This document shows positions 24,453 to 33,970 of a DNA stretch of 64,000 nt, one piece after another. Source of the stretch: an uncultured Solirubrobacteraceae bacterium (GTDB lineage: Bacteria; Actinomycetota; Thermoleophilia; Solirubrobacterales; Solirubrobacteraceae); contig CAVYSO010000002.1 of assembly GCA_963771255.1 (NCBI GenBank), positions 908,823 through 972,822 of the forward strand, written 5' to 3'. The position numbers were made by a program, and so were the translations under genes. The notes under the pieces were generated by a model. That model had not been told where the DNA came from. It searched no databases and saw only the letters and a program-made list of their open reading frames with translations. Each line of letters begins with the position of its first letter. Positions within the stretch are counted from its first letter, which is position 1.

Positions 24453-25982
24453 CTAGACCGGCGTAACTGGGTTGTGCTTGGCAGGCCAGGTCCGCCGCTT
24501 CGAGGCAGCGTGCGCGAAGCGGCGGATCAGCTCCTCGCGCAGAGCCTCGGGCTCGATCACGGCGTCGATCACGAGCTCTGAGGCGAGGTGCAGGATGTCG
24601 ATGTCCTCGGCGTACTCGGTGCGCAGCTGCTCTGTGCGCTGCTCGCGCTCGACGGGGTCCTCGATCGCCTGTAGCTGGTTGAAGTAGACGGCGTTGATCG
24701 CCGCCTGCGGGCCCATCACGGCGATCGAGGCACTCGGCAGCGCCAGGCAGCAGTCGGGCTCGAAGGCGGGGCCGGCCATCGCGTAGAGCCCGGCGCCGTA
24801 GGCCTTGCGCACGACCACCGAGATCTTCGGCACGGTCGCCTCGCTGACGGCGCTGATCATCTTCGCGCCGTGGCGGATGATGCCTTCGCGCTCGACCTGC
24901 GTGCCGATCATGAAGCCCGGCACGTCGGCGAGGAATAGCAGCGGCACGTTGAACGCGTTGCACGCCCAGATGAAGCGCGCGGCCTTGTCGGCAGAGTCGC
25001 CGAACAGCACGCCGCCCTTGAACTTGGGCTGGTTGGCGACGATCCCGATCGGCTGGCCGTCAAGGCGCGCGTAGCCGACGATCAGCTCCTTGGCCCAACG
25101 CGGATGGATCTCCAGCAGCGAGCCCTCGTCTACGAGCGCGCCGATCAACGCCTTCATGTCGAACGGCTTGTTCTCATCGGCCGGGATCAGCCCACCGATC
25201 GACTGCCCGTCCGCCAGCGCCGCCGGTTCCACCGGCGAGGCCTGCGGCGCAGGCTGCTCCCAGTTGCCGGGCAGATAGGAGAGGTAGCGGCGCGCCGTCT
25301 CGATCCCCTCCTCGTCGCTCTTGACGAGCTGATGCCCGCAGCCGGAGACACCGGTGTGCATCTTCGCACCCCCCATCTGCTCGAGCGTGACCCGCTCGCC
25401 GATCACCATCTCGGCCATGCGCGGCGAGCCGAGATACATCGAGGCGTTGCCCTCGCGCATGATCACGATGTCGCAGAAGGCCGGGATGTAGGCGCCGCCG
25501 GCGGCGCTCGGGCCGAACAGCACGCACACCTGCGGCACGACGCCCGACATCTTCACCTGGTTGTGGAAGATCCGCCCAGCGCCGCGGCGTCCGGGGAACA
25601 TCTGCACCTGCTCGGTGATCCGCGCGCCGGCCGAATCGACGAGGTAGACCATCGGCACGGCGAGCGACAGCGCGCGTTCCTGAATACGCAGGATCTTCTC
25701 GACCGTCTTCGGCCCCCACGAGCCGGCCTTGACGGTCGGGTCGTTGGCCATCAGCGCGACCGGGCGCCCTTCGATCTCACCCACGCCCGTGACGACGCCG
25801 TCGGCGCCGAGCCCGTCCTCGTTCCAGTTGGCCAGCAGCGCCTCCTCGGCGAAGCTGCCCTCGTCGAGCAGCAGCGCAATCCGCTCGCGCACGGGCAGCT
25901 TGCCCTGCTCGCGCGCCTTCTCGCGGTGGCGTTGCGGCCCACCCCCGAGCGCGCGCTCGGTGGCGCCGCCCAGGTCGCTCAC
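24453..25982 (-). CDS. Acyl-CoA carboxylase carboxyltransferase subunit (MCC beta-like)
   Basis: DSAGARI, GPSAAGGAY, DVPGFMIG and RKAYGAG motifs. Confidence 0.93.
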   Translation of the reverse strand: MSDLGGATERALGGGPQRHREKAREQGKLPVRERIALLLDEGSFAEEALLANWNEDGLGADGVVTGVGEIEGRPVALMANDPTVKAGSWGPKTVEKILRIQERALSLAVPMVYLVDSAGARITEQVQMFPGRRGAGRIFHNQVKMSGVVPQVCVLFGPSAAGGAYIPAFCDIVIMREGNASMYLGSPRMAEMVIGERVTLEQMGGAKMHTGVSGCGHQLVKSDEEGIETARRYLSYLPGNWEQPAPQASPVEPAALADGQSIGGLIPADENKPFDMKALIGALVDEGSLLEIHPRWAKELIVGYARLDGQPIGIVANQPKFKGGVLFGDSADKAARFIWACNAFNVPLLFLADVPGFMIGTQVEREGIIRHGAKMISAVSEATVPKISVVVRKAYGAGLYAMAGPAFEPDCCLALPSASIAVMGPQAAINAVYFNQLQAIEDPVEREQRTEQLRTEYAEDIDILHLASELVIDAVIEPEALREELIRRFAHAASKRRTWPAKHNPVTPV

Positions 25983-26470
25983 GGCCGAGGAAGCCCTCTG
26001 TACCGATGGCGGCGCCCGCGAGCCAGGTGGCGTTCGTGGCGTGCCTGCAGGCGAGCTTCAACGATGTCGAGATCCGAGGCCGGTCCGAACAGGCGCCAGG
26101 CGTCGCGCACGACCGGCAGCAGCGTCGCCCCGATCACCCAAGCCGGCCAGAAGCTCCCGCTCGGCCCACTGGCGAGCCAGATCCCGACCGCCAGAGCCGA
26201 GACACCGAGCGATCCGCCGGACTCTTGAAGCAGGCGGCGGCGCAGTTGCCCCTTGCGCTTGGTCAGGGCCAACTTGACGGAGGTGGAGCTGACCGGCAGG
26301 TCGGCGCGCAACACGTCGAGATCGGCGCGGGTGCAAGCGGCGTATGCCTCGCCGATGCGCTGCTCGAGCTCCTCGGAGGTCAGCCGCCCGGCGCCGGCAT
26401 GCTCGCGCAGCTCGTCGATCAGCTGCTCGCGATCGGCGTCCCCGGCGCGCAGCTTCGACAGATTGCTCAT
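25979..26470 (-). CDS. DUF1707 (SHOCT-like) plus two-TM protein
   Basis: LRAGDADRE...GRL...E...R...A...DL...DLP and FWPAW motifs. Confidence 0.85.
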   Translation of the reverse strand: MSNLSKLRAGDADREQLIDELREHAGAGRLTSEELEQRIGEAYAACTRADLDVLRADLPVSSTSVKLALTKRKGQLRRRLLQESGGSLGVSALAVGIWLASGPSGSFWPAWVIGATLLPVVRDAWRLFGPASDLDIVEARLQARHERHLARGRRHRYRGLPRP

Positions 26471-26500
26471 GCCGAGAAGGTTAGTCGCTCGATGCAGGCG

Positions 26501-27385
26501 CTAGAGCGCCGCGTTCTGCTGCGGCGCCTCGCCGGAGTAGTCGTAGAAGCCCATCCCGGCCTTGCGCCCGTACCAGCCGGCGCTGAGCATCTTGCGCAGC
26601 GTCGGCGGGCGCGCGAAGCGGCGCTCGCGGAACTCGTCGAACAGCACGTCGCAGATCGAGCCGAGCGTGTCCAGTCCGACGAAGTCGGCGAGCGTCAGCG
26701 GGCCCATCGGGTGCCCGGCGCCGGCCTTCATCGCCTCGTCGATCTCCTCGATCGAGCCGACGCCCTCTTCGTAGGCGCGCATCGCGTCGAGCATGTAGGG
26801 CACGAGCAGGCGGTTGACGATGAACCCGGCCTTGTCCTTGGTCGGGATCGCGAGCTTGCCCTCCGAGCGGGCGAACTCGAGTGCGGCGTCGAAAGTCTCG
26901 TCGTTCGTCGTCACGCAGCGCACGACCTCGACCAGCTTCATTACCTGCGCGGGGTTGAAGTAATGCAGGCCGACGAAGCGCTCGGGGCGCCCGGTGCAGG
27001 CGGCCTGGTCGATCACGGCAAGCGAGGAGGTGTTCGTCGCGAACACGGCCTCGGGCTTGACGATCTGATCGACCTCGCGCCACATCTCGAGCTTCAGCGC
27101 AAGATCCTCGGTGATCGCCTCGATCACGAGATCGCAGCCGGCGAGCTCGCCGTAGTCGGTCGTCCCCTGGATGCGCCCGCGCACCGCGTCGGCGTCCTCC
27201 TGGTTGGACTTGCCCTTCTCGACGGCGCGCGCGAGCTGCTTCTCGATCTTGCCGATGCCCTTGGCGAGCGCCGCCTCGTCGACCTCGCGCAGCACGACCT
27301 CGTAGCCGGTCTGTGCCGCCACCTGCGCGATGCCGTGGCCCATCAGCCCTGCGCCCAGCACCCCCACCTTCTCGATCTTCGCCAT
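26501..27385 (-). CDS. hbd: 3-hydroxybutyryl/3-hydroxyacyl-CoA dehydrogenase
   Basis: GAGLMGHGIAQ, NTSS, GLHYFNP, GFIVNRLL and PMGPL.L.D.VGLD motifs. Confidence 0.9.
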   Translation of the reverse strand: MAKIEKVGVLGAGLMGHGIAQVAAQTGYEVVLREVDEAALAKGIGKIEKQLARAVEKGKSNQEDADAVRGRIQGTTDYGELAGCDLVIEAITEDLALKLEMWREVDQIVKPEAVFATNTSSLAVIDQAACTGRPERFVGLHYFNPAQVMKLVEVVRCVTTNDETFDAALEFARSEGKLAIPTKDKAGFIVNRLLVPYMLDAMRAYEEGVGSIEEIDEAMKAGAGHPMGPLTLADFVGLDTLGSICDVLFDEFRERRFARPPTLRKMLSAGWYGRKAGMGFYDYSGEAPQQNAAL

Positions 27386-27506
27386 CTGACCTCCGCTTGA
27401 GTGACCCTCTTTCGAGGCAGCCTATTACGCGCAGGGGGAAGTTTCGCGGCGCCGGAACTTTTCCCGTCCCGGGCCGGGAAGGATCGCCTCCGGTGGACGT
27501 CTGGGT

Positions 27507-27680
27507 GTGTGAGGCGCCGGCGCGTGCTGGAAGCACGAACGCCTGCGCGGCGGCCCGCATAGAGCGTTCCCGGGTCGCCTCCTCCCCCGCGCCGTCAATC
27601 CCCCCCGACGGCGCGAGGGCGGAGCCGGTCCCGCTGGTCCTGCCCCCGATCCGGGTGGGGCCAGCGGGATCGGCTCCGTC
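27507..27680 (+). ncRNA. Candidate structured small RNA, 6C-like
   Basis: Multi-stem 5' part, then CGCGCCGTC-AATCCCCCCC-GACGGCGCG and a long C-rich hairpin in which the mismatches are G-U pairs. Confidence 0.55.
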
Positions 27681-27730
27681 GTGCCTGTAGCCTGACCGCA
27701 GATCCGCATCCGACCGCCAGGAGGCAAACG

Positions 27731-28534
27731 ATGAGCATCGTCCTCACCGAGGATCGCGGCGCCGTCCGCCACGTGATCCTCAACCGCCCGGAGAAGCGCA
27801 ACGCGATGAACCAGGAGCTGCTGCGCGCGCTCGGCGAGGCGCTGCGCGAGGCCGCCGCCGACAGCGATGTGCACTGCGTCGTGCTGCGCGGCGAGGGGCC
27901 GGTGTTCTCCGCCGGCGTGGACCTCGTCGAGCTGGCGCAGTCGGCCGGTGAGCCGGGGCAGCTGCGGCCGTTTCGAAAGGTCTTCGTCGATTGCCCGAAC
28001 ATCTGTGAAGAGATGGCCAAGCCGGTCGTCTGCCAGATCCACCAAACATGCGTCGGCGGCGCGCTCGAGGTGGCGCTCGGCTGCGATCTGCGGATCGCCT
28101 CCAGCGACTCGTACTACGCCCTGCCGGAGGTCAAGTTCGGGATCATCCCCGACGTCGGCGGCTCCACGCGCCTGCCGGCCGTCGTCGGCCTCGGCCGCGC
28201 CAAGGAGCTGATCATGACGGCGCGCACGATCGACGCTGCCGAGGCCGAGCGGATCGGCTTGATCAACCGCGTCGTGGCGCCCGAGGAGCTCGAGTCGGCC
28301 ACGCAGGCGCTCGTCGAGGAGTTGCTCGCCAACTCGCACATCGCCGTCGGCCGCGCCAAGCGCGTGATCGACGCCTCGGCGCGCCCGGCGCTCGCGCAGA
28401 CGCTCGAGATGGAGGTCGCCGTGCAGGAGTTCTGCGTCGCCGCCGCGCGGGAGATGGCGCGCGAGGCCCAGCAGGTCAAGAGCGCGGACGAGGTCGAGCA
28501 GGAGATCGAGGCCGAACCCGTCGGCGGCGGGTAG
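27731..28534 (+). CDS. Enoyl-CoA hydratase (crotonase family)
   Basis: LNRPEKRNA, FSAGVDL, GGALEVALGCD and LPEVKFG motifs; AGGAGG ribosome binding site. Confidence 0.93.
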   Translation: MSIVLTEDRGAVRHVILNRPEKRNAMNQELLRALGEALREAAADSDVHCVVLRGEGPVFSAGVDLVELAQSAGEPGQLRPFRKVFVDCPNICEEMAKPVVCQIHQTCVGGALEVALGCDLRIASSDSYYALPEVKFGIIPDVGGSTRLPAVVGLGRAKELIMTARTIDAAEAERIGLINRVVAPEELESATQALVEELLANSHIAVGRAKRVIDASARPALAQTLEMEVAVQEFCVAAAREMAREAQQVKSADEVEQEIEAEPVGGG

Positions 28535-28543
28535 GGGGCGCGG

Positions 28544-29473
28544 CTAGCGCGCCTGGGCCCAGTCCACCGGCCCGGCCACAAGCGTGTGGCTGCCGAGCGG
28601 GCGGCCGAGGATCTCCTGCGCGCGGCGCGCGCAGGCGAGCAGCGCCGGGAGGTCGATGCCGGTCTGCACGCCCATCTCGTGCAGCATCGAGACGAGGTCC
28701 TCGGTGGCGATGTTGCCGGTGGCGCCGGCCGGCACGGGGCAGCCGCCGAGCTCGCCGAAGCTCGACTCGAAGCTCTCGACGCCGGCTTCCAGCGCGGCCA
28801 GCACGTTGGCGAGACCCTGCCCGCGCGTGTTGTGGAAGTGCGCGGTCAGCTCGACATCGGCGCCCAGCGCGTCGCGGGCGGCGGGAAAGAACTCGGCGAC
28901 CTGCCGCGGGTTGGCCATCCCGGTGGTGTCGCCGAAGCCAATCTCCTGGGCGCCGGCATCGCGCAGGCGCGCCGCGATCTCGAGCACGCGCTCGGGCGGG
29001 ACGTGGCCCTCGTAGGGGCAGCCGAAGGAGGTCGAGATCACGCCCTCGCAGCGCAGCCCGGCCTCGCCTGCGCGGGCGAGCACTCTTTCCAGCTCGCTCA
29101 GCGACTCGGCGATCGAGCGGTTGACGTTCTCGCGGTTGTGCGTCTCGGAGGCCGACATGAAGACGTTGATCTCGTCGATCCGATCGCGCTGCTCCAAGGC
29201 CAGCTCGAGCCCGCGCGCGTTGGGGATCAGCACGCTGACGGCGACCTCGTCGGGCACGTCGATCCGCGCGAGCACCTCGGCGGCGTCGGCGAGCTGCGGG
29301 ATCACGTCGGCGCGCACGAAGCTCGTCACCTCGAGGCGTCGCAGGCCGGTACGCGCGAGCGCGTCGATCAGCTCGACCTTCGCCTCGGTCGAGATCGTCT
29401 CAGGCTCGTTCTGGAAGCCGTCGCGCGGTCCGACCTCGCGGATCCTCACGGCCCGCTGCGCCTGCTCGATCAC
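28544..29473 (-). CDS. Hydroxymethylglutaryl-CoA lyase
   Basis: EVGPRDGFQNE, HFHNTRG and GGCP...GATGN.ATED motifs. Confidence 0.93.
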   Translation of the reverse strand: MIEQAQRAVRIREVGPRDGFQNEPETISTEAKVELIDALARTGLRRLEVTSFVRADVIPQLADAAEVLARIDVPDEVAVSVLIPNARGLELALEQRDRIDEINVFMSASETHNRENVNRSIAESLSELERVLARAGEAGLRCEGVISTSFGCPYEGHVPPERVLEIAARLRDAGAQEIGFGDTTGMANPRQVAEFFPAARDALGADVELTAHFHNTRGQGLANVLAALEAGVESFESSFGELGGCPVPAGATGNIATEDLVSMLHEMGVQTGIDLPALLACARRAQEILGRPLGSHTLVAGPVDWAQAR

Positions 29474-29533
29474 CGCTGCTCACTCTCGTCCATCGTCGGG
29501 CCCACGATAGGACCGAAGCCTATACTCGCCGCG

Positions 29534-30244
29534 ATGCCGTCCTCAGACGCCGACCCAGACGCGACGGATCCAGTCGCGATCATCGGCGCCTCGGGCGCCC
29601 TCGGCTTCGGCGTCGCGATCCGGCTGGCGCGCGCGGGCGTGTCGATCGCGATCGGCTCGCGCGACCCCGACCGCGCGCAGGAAGCGGCCCAGCGCGCACT
29701 TTCGGTCGTGCCCGGCGGCTCGTTCACGGGCTACGCCAACGACGAGGCGGCGAAGGTGGCGCCGATCGTGATCCTCAGCGTGCCGTTTCGCAACCACTCC
29801 GAGACGCTGACCAACCTCAAGGAGACGCTCCAGCCAGGGCAGCTCGTGATCGACGCGACGGTGCCGCTGGCGGCAGCGGTCAGCGGCAAGGCGACGCGCA
29901 TGCTCGGCGTGTGGCAGGGCTCGGCTGCACAGCAGGTGGCCGAGATGGTGCCGGAGGGCGTGCGCGTGGTCTCGGCGCTGCACACGATCAGCGCGGCGTC
30001 GCTGACCGACCTCGCCCACCCGCTCGAGCAGGACGTGCTGCTGTGCGGCGACAAGCGCGCCGACAAGACCGAGGCGGCGCGGCTGATCGAGCGGATCGAG
30101 GGGCTGCGCTGCGTCGACTGCGGGCGCCTGGAGATGGCGCGCATCACGGAGTCGCTGACGGCGCTGTTGATCGGCGTCAACAGCCGCTACAAGGCCCACG
30201 CTGGCATCCGCCTGACGGGGCTCGCCGACCCCGAGTGGGAGTGA
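29534..30244 (+). CDS. npdG: NADPH-dependent F420 reductase (F420H2:NADP+ oxidoreductase)
   Basis: IIGASGALG, IGSR, DATVPL, GSAAQ and E.LTALLI..N..YK motifs; start at MPSSD. Confidence 0.88.
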   Translation: MPSSDADPDATDPVAIIGASGALGFGVAIRLARAGVSIAIGSRDPDRAQEAAQRALSVVPGGSFTGYANDEAAKVAPIVILSVPFRNHSETLTNLKETLQPGQLVIDATVPLAAAVSGKATRMLGVWQGSAAQQVAEMVPEGVRVVSALHTISAASLTDLAHPLEQDVLLCGDKRADKTEAARLIERIEGLRCVDCGRLEMARITESLTALLIGVNSRYKAHAGIRLTGLADPEWE

Positions 30245-31161
30245 GCGGCGCGGTCGTAGTGCTCGCCGGCGGGACCGGTGGGGCGAAGCTGGCACGCGGC
30301 ATGCTCGACGTCGTCGGGCCGCAGCGGCTCAGCGTGATCGCCAACACGGGCGATGACATCGAGATCTACGGCGCGCATGTCTCGCCGGACCCCGATCTCG
30401 TCTCGTTCTGGCTCGCCGACCTGATCGACGAGCGTGGCTGGGGCCTGCAAGGGGACACCTTTTTTGTGATGGACGCCCTCCGGGCGATCGGATCGGATGT
30501 CTGGTTCAACCTCGGCGACCGCGATCTGGCGTGGTGCATCGAGCGCTCGCGGATGAAGGGCGAAGGGCTCTCGGCGACGGTCGCCCACGAACACCTCGCT
30601 ACGAGCATCGGCCTGCAGGCCCGTGTGCTGCCGATGAGCGACGATCCGGTGCGCACGTGGGTGCGCACCCCCACCGGCTGGCGCTCATTCCAGGAGTTCA
30701 TGATCCGCGACCGCGCGGCCGGGCCCGTCGAGGGCCTCGAGTTCCGTGGCGCCGAGCAGGCGCTGCCGAGCGAGCAGGCGCTGCAGGCGATCGCACAGGC
30801 GAGCGCGATCGTGATCGGGCCGTCGAACCCGCTCGCCTCGATCGCGCCGATCCTCGCCGTGCCGGGCATACGCGAGGCGCTCGCCGAGGCCGCCGCGCCG
30901 GTCGTCGCGGTCAGCCCGATCGTCGGTGGCGAGGTGCTGAAGGGACCGACAGAGGCGTTCATGGCGTTCGCGGCGCTCGACTGCAGCGCGCACGGCGTGG
31001 CCAGCTTCTATGGCGATTTGCTCGACGGGATCGTGGCCGACGAGGATGCCGGGCCGCACGTGCCGGTGCTACAGACCGGCACGCGCATGACCGACGCAAG
31101 CGAGCGCGCCGCAGTCGCCGCGCAGACGCTCCAGTTCGCCGAAGCGCTCGCGCCCGGCTAG
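30241..31161 (+). CDS. cofD: 2-phospho-L-lactate/phosphoenolpyruvate transferase
   Basis: LAGGTGGAKL, NTGDD, WFNLGDRD, PMSDD and IGPSNP motifs; GTG start overlaps the npdG stop. Confidence 0.93.
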   Translation: MSGAVVVLAGGTGGAKLARGMLDVVGPQRLSVIANTGDDIEIYGAHVSPDPDLVSFWLADLIDERGWGLQGDTFFVMDALRAIGSDVWFNLGDRDLAWCIERSRMKGEGLSATVAHEHLATSIGLQARVLPMSDDPVRTWVRTPTGWRSFQEFMIRDRAAGPVEGLEFRGAEQALPSEQALQAIAQASAIVIGPSNPLASIAPILAVPGIREALAEAAAPVVAVSPIVGGEVLKGPTEAFMAFAALDCSAHGVASFYGDLLDGIVADEDAGPHVPVLQTGTRMTDASERAAVAAQTLQFAEALAPG

Positions 31162-31859
31162 CTCGGAACCGGTGCGCCGCTCTCGCGCCAGGCCGTGAGC
31201 GTGTCGAGCGCCCCGCCGATCACCCGTTCGACGAATTCGCCGCGATCGTTGGCGTGCGGCAGCGGCTCGTCCGGGACGGGCACGTCGAGGAACTCGCAGA
31301 GCGGCTCCCAGCCTTCGCCAACCTCCCACACGAGCAGGCGCTCGGGCGGGACGGTCTGCTTGACCTGCTCGTGGTGGCGCAGCATCTGATCGATCAGCTG
31401 CTGCGGCGTATCGTGCCCGTCGGCGAACGTGCCCTGCGGCCCCCAGAACATCCGATCGACGAGCTCGAGATAGCGCTTGAAGCGCGGGTCGACCTCGGCC
31501 CGCGCATGTGCCAGCAGCGGCATCAGCGTGCGGCCGTGGCTCATCGTCCAGATCGTTTCGCGGAAGCTCCGCTCCCACTTCTCGGGGTCGCGCACGCTGA
31601 GCAGCACCTTGGCCTCCGGGTAGGCCTCCATCAGCTCGCGGTAGAAGTAGCCGCCCGGCCAGTCGACCGTGCTCTCGTGGCCCTCGAACACCTGATCCCA
31701 GCGCGCCTCGCCGTCCATCGCGCTGTCCCAAAGCTCGACCTGGTCGAGGTCGGCGATCACGTTGACCCAGTGGTAGGCGGGGCCCTGTCCGAGCTGCTCG
31801 AGCGCGAGCTTCTGCGTAAGCGTGCCGGTACGCGGCAGTCCTGCGCCTATTACCTTCAT
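31158..31859 (-). CDS. Sulfotransferase family protein (Sulfotransfer_4-like)
   Basis: MKVIGAGLPRTGT, VDWP, RDPEKW and EGWEPLCEFL..P.P..P.PH.N motifs. Confidence 0.88.
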   Translation of the reverse strand: MKVIGAGLPRTGTLTQKLALEQLGQGPAYHWVNVIADLDQVELWDSAMDGEARWDQVFEGHESTVDWPGGYFYRELMEAYPEAKVLLSVRDPEKWERSFRETIWTMSHGRTLMPLLAHARAEVDPRFKRYLELVDRMFWGPQGTFADGHDTPQQLIDQMLRHHEQVKQTVPPERLLVWEVGEGWEPLCEFLDVPVPDEPLPHANDRGEFVERVIGGALDTLTAWRESGAPVPS

Positions 31860-32062
31860 CGCATCCCTCCGTCGTGGCTAGGTGACGGCGAGACGCCGTC
31901 CGATCAGGGGCACCATGCCAGCAAATCGGTGCGATTGTCTGCCGAAGAACTGGATAAGAACGACCGGAAAGTGCCGTCGTTCGGTGTATATGGGTCATAT
32001 CGTCGCAAGCGCCCCACCTGGAGAGTGAGGCGCTCGTAAGCAAATCAAGGAGTTCTGAGACT

Positions 32063-33193
32063 GTGCACAGCGGCATTCACCGCCCTGGCGACCGATCCGC
32101 GCACGCCGGATCGACCCACGCCGGGCCGACCGTAACGCCGCGCAAGCGAGTGCCCTCACGCGCTCGCCGCGTCGGGACGCGGATCGCCGGGCTAGCCGTG
32201 TCGGACTCGCCCGATGTACTTTCCCAGAGCGAGGTGCTCGGTCGGCTCGGCCTCGCCGGCGACGAGTTCGCCGAGAGAGTCTTTGCGCGCTGCGGTGTGC
32301 ACCACCGCCATCTCGAGCTGAGCGAGGACTTCCTCTCGCTCACGCTGCAGGGGCGTACGGCGCAGGTCGAGATGCAGCTGCTCGACCACTCGATCCGCGC
32401 GATCGACGAGCTCGCGCTCGACCCGCGCGGGATCGGCACCGTGATCAGCTCGAGCCTCTACTCGCTCGGCTGCCCCACGCTCGCACACCGCCTCGTCGAC
32501 CACTACGAGATGGATCCGGCGACCGACAAGTACCACATCACCGGCGTCGGCTGCGCGAGCGCCGTGCCGCTGATGAAACTCGCGTCGCAGGCGATGCGCG
32601 AGCACCCCGACCGCCCGGCGCTGGTGGTCGCAGCGGAGAGCATGAGCGGCATCCTGATGGGAGCCACCGACGAGGACCCGCGCGCGAAGACCGTCGGCTC
32701 GGCGATCTTCGGCGATGGCTGTGCGGTTGCGCTGCTGTCGGCCGACCCACATGCCGACGGGCCGCTGATCCTCGACTCGCAGGTCCACCAGATCGCCGGC
32801 ACGCTCGGCGCGGTCGAACTCGAGTGCAGCGACGGCGACAGCCACCTGCACCTCGCCCGTGAGCTGCCCGACTTGGCGGGCGCCGGATTGGGTGAGGTCG
32901 TCGACCGCTTCCTGGCGCGCAACCGCCTGCAGCGCGAGCAGATCGACCACTGGATCGTGCACCCCGGCGGGCGGCGGATCATCGAGAACGTCGAGTCCGC
33001 GCTCGAGCTCGACCAGCAGCAGACCGAACTGAGCTGGCACGTGCTCTCCGAGCACGGCAACGTCGGCACGCCGTCGATCATGTACGTCCTGCGCGACACG
33101 ATCGAGGCCCGCAAACCGGACCCCGGCCAGCGCGGCCTGGCCGTCACCGTCGGGCCGGGCGTGACCGTCGGCCTGATGCTGCTCGGTTGGTAA
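32063..33193 (+). CDS. Type III polyketide synthase (chalcone synthase-like)
   Basis: Cys-His-Asn triad in GVGCA, HPGG and HGNV; also IFGDG and GPGVT; start uncertain. Confidence 0.9.
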   Translation: MHSGIHRPGDRSAHAGSTHAGPTVTPRKRVPSRARRVGTRIAGLAVSDSPDVLSQSEVLGRLGLAGDEFAERVFARCGVHHRHLELSEDFLSLTLQGRTAQVEMQLLDHSIRAIDELALDPRGIGTVISSSLYSLGCPTLAHRLVDHYEMDPATDKYHITGVGCASAVPLMKLASQAMREHPDRPALVVAAESMSGILMGATDEDPRAKTVGSAIFGDGCAVALLSADPHADGPLILDSQVHQIAGTLGAVELECSDGDSHLHLARELPDLAGAGLGEVVDRFLARNRLQREQIDHWIVHPGGRRIIENVESALELDQQQTELSWHVLSEHGNVGTPSIMYVLRDTIEARKPDPGQRGLAVTVGPGVTVGLMLLGW

Positions 33194-33274
33194 CGCGAGC
33201 AGGTCGCGAGGCGCCACTCGCGCCGGGCCCGGCACCGGGTGAACGCGGAGCTTCGCCACTATCGTGGGCGCCTG

Positions 33275-33958
33275 ATGCGCACGGCAGCGATCCTCCCGGT
33301 CAAGCGCTTCGCCGCGGCCAAGTCGCGACTCGGCGAAAGCGTCGAGGAGGACCTGCGCGCGCGCCTGGCGCGGGCGATGGTTGCCGACGTGCTGCAGGCG
33401 CTCGCGCAGACCGCCTCGATCGAGCTGACGATCGTCGTCACGCGCGAGCCGAGCCTGCCCGAGACCGCGCGCGAGTACGGCGCGCTGCTGATCGAGGACA
33501 CGGCCGAGCGGGGTCAGTCGGCGGCCGTCACGGTGGGCGTGCAGCGCGCGCTGGCCGATGGCTTCGAGCGCGTGCTATGCATCCCCGGCGACTGCCCCGC
33601 GCTTGACCCGGTTGAGCTCGACGCGCTTCTGTCCTGCAGCGAGGAGCGCTCGGTCGTGATCGTCCCCGACCGCCACGGCACAGGTACGAACGGACTGCTG
33701 CTGACTCCGCCCGACGCGATCGCGCCGGCATTCGGGCCAGGGAGCTGCGAGCGCCACAGCGCGCTCGCGCGCGAAGCCGGCGTGGGCCTTCGCGCGGCGC
33801 ATCCTTCCTCGCTGCTGCTCGACGTCGACACGGGCGCCGACCTGGCCGCCCTGCGCGACCGCCTGGCCGGCGCCGAGACGCCCGCCGAGCGTACTCGGGC
33901 GGTACTCGCGCAGCCCGCAAGCAATCCGGAAATCCTCACCACACACAACGCCGGCTGA
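33275..33958 (+). CDS. cofC: 2-phospho-L-lactate/PEP guanylyltransferase
   Basis: ILPVK...AKSRL, PGDCP, PDRHGTGTN, FGPGS and DVDT..DL motifs. Confidence 0.93.
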   Translation: MRTAAILPVKRFAAAKSRLGESVEEDLRARLARAMVADVLQALAQTASIELTIVVTREPSLPETAREYGALLIEDTAERGQSAAVTVGVQRALADGFERVLCIPGDCPALDPVELDALLSCSEERSVVIVPDRHGTGTNGLLLTPPDAIAPAFGPGSCERHSALAREAGVGLRAAHPSSLLLDVDTGADLAALRDRLAGAETPAERTRAVLAQPASNPEILTTHNAG

Positions 33959-33970
33959 CCGGGGACGTCG

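Noticed and set aside
27400-27730. Cobalamin or other known riboswitch
   Set aside because: No B12-box or other recognisable aptamer core was found; the C-rich loops fit a small RNA better.
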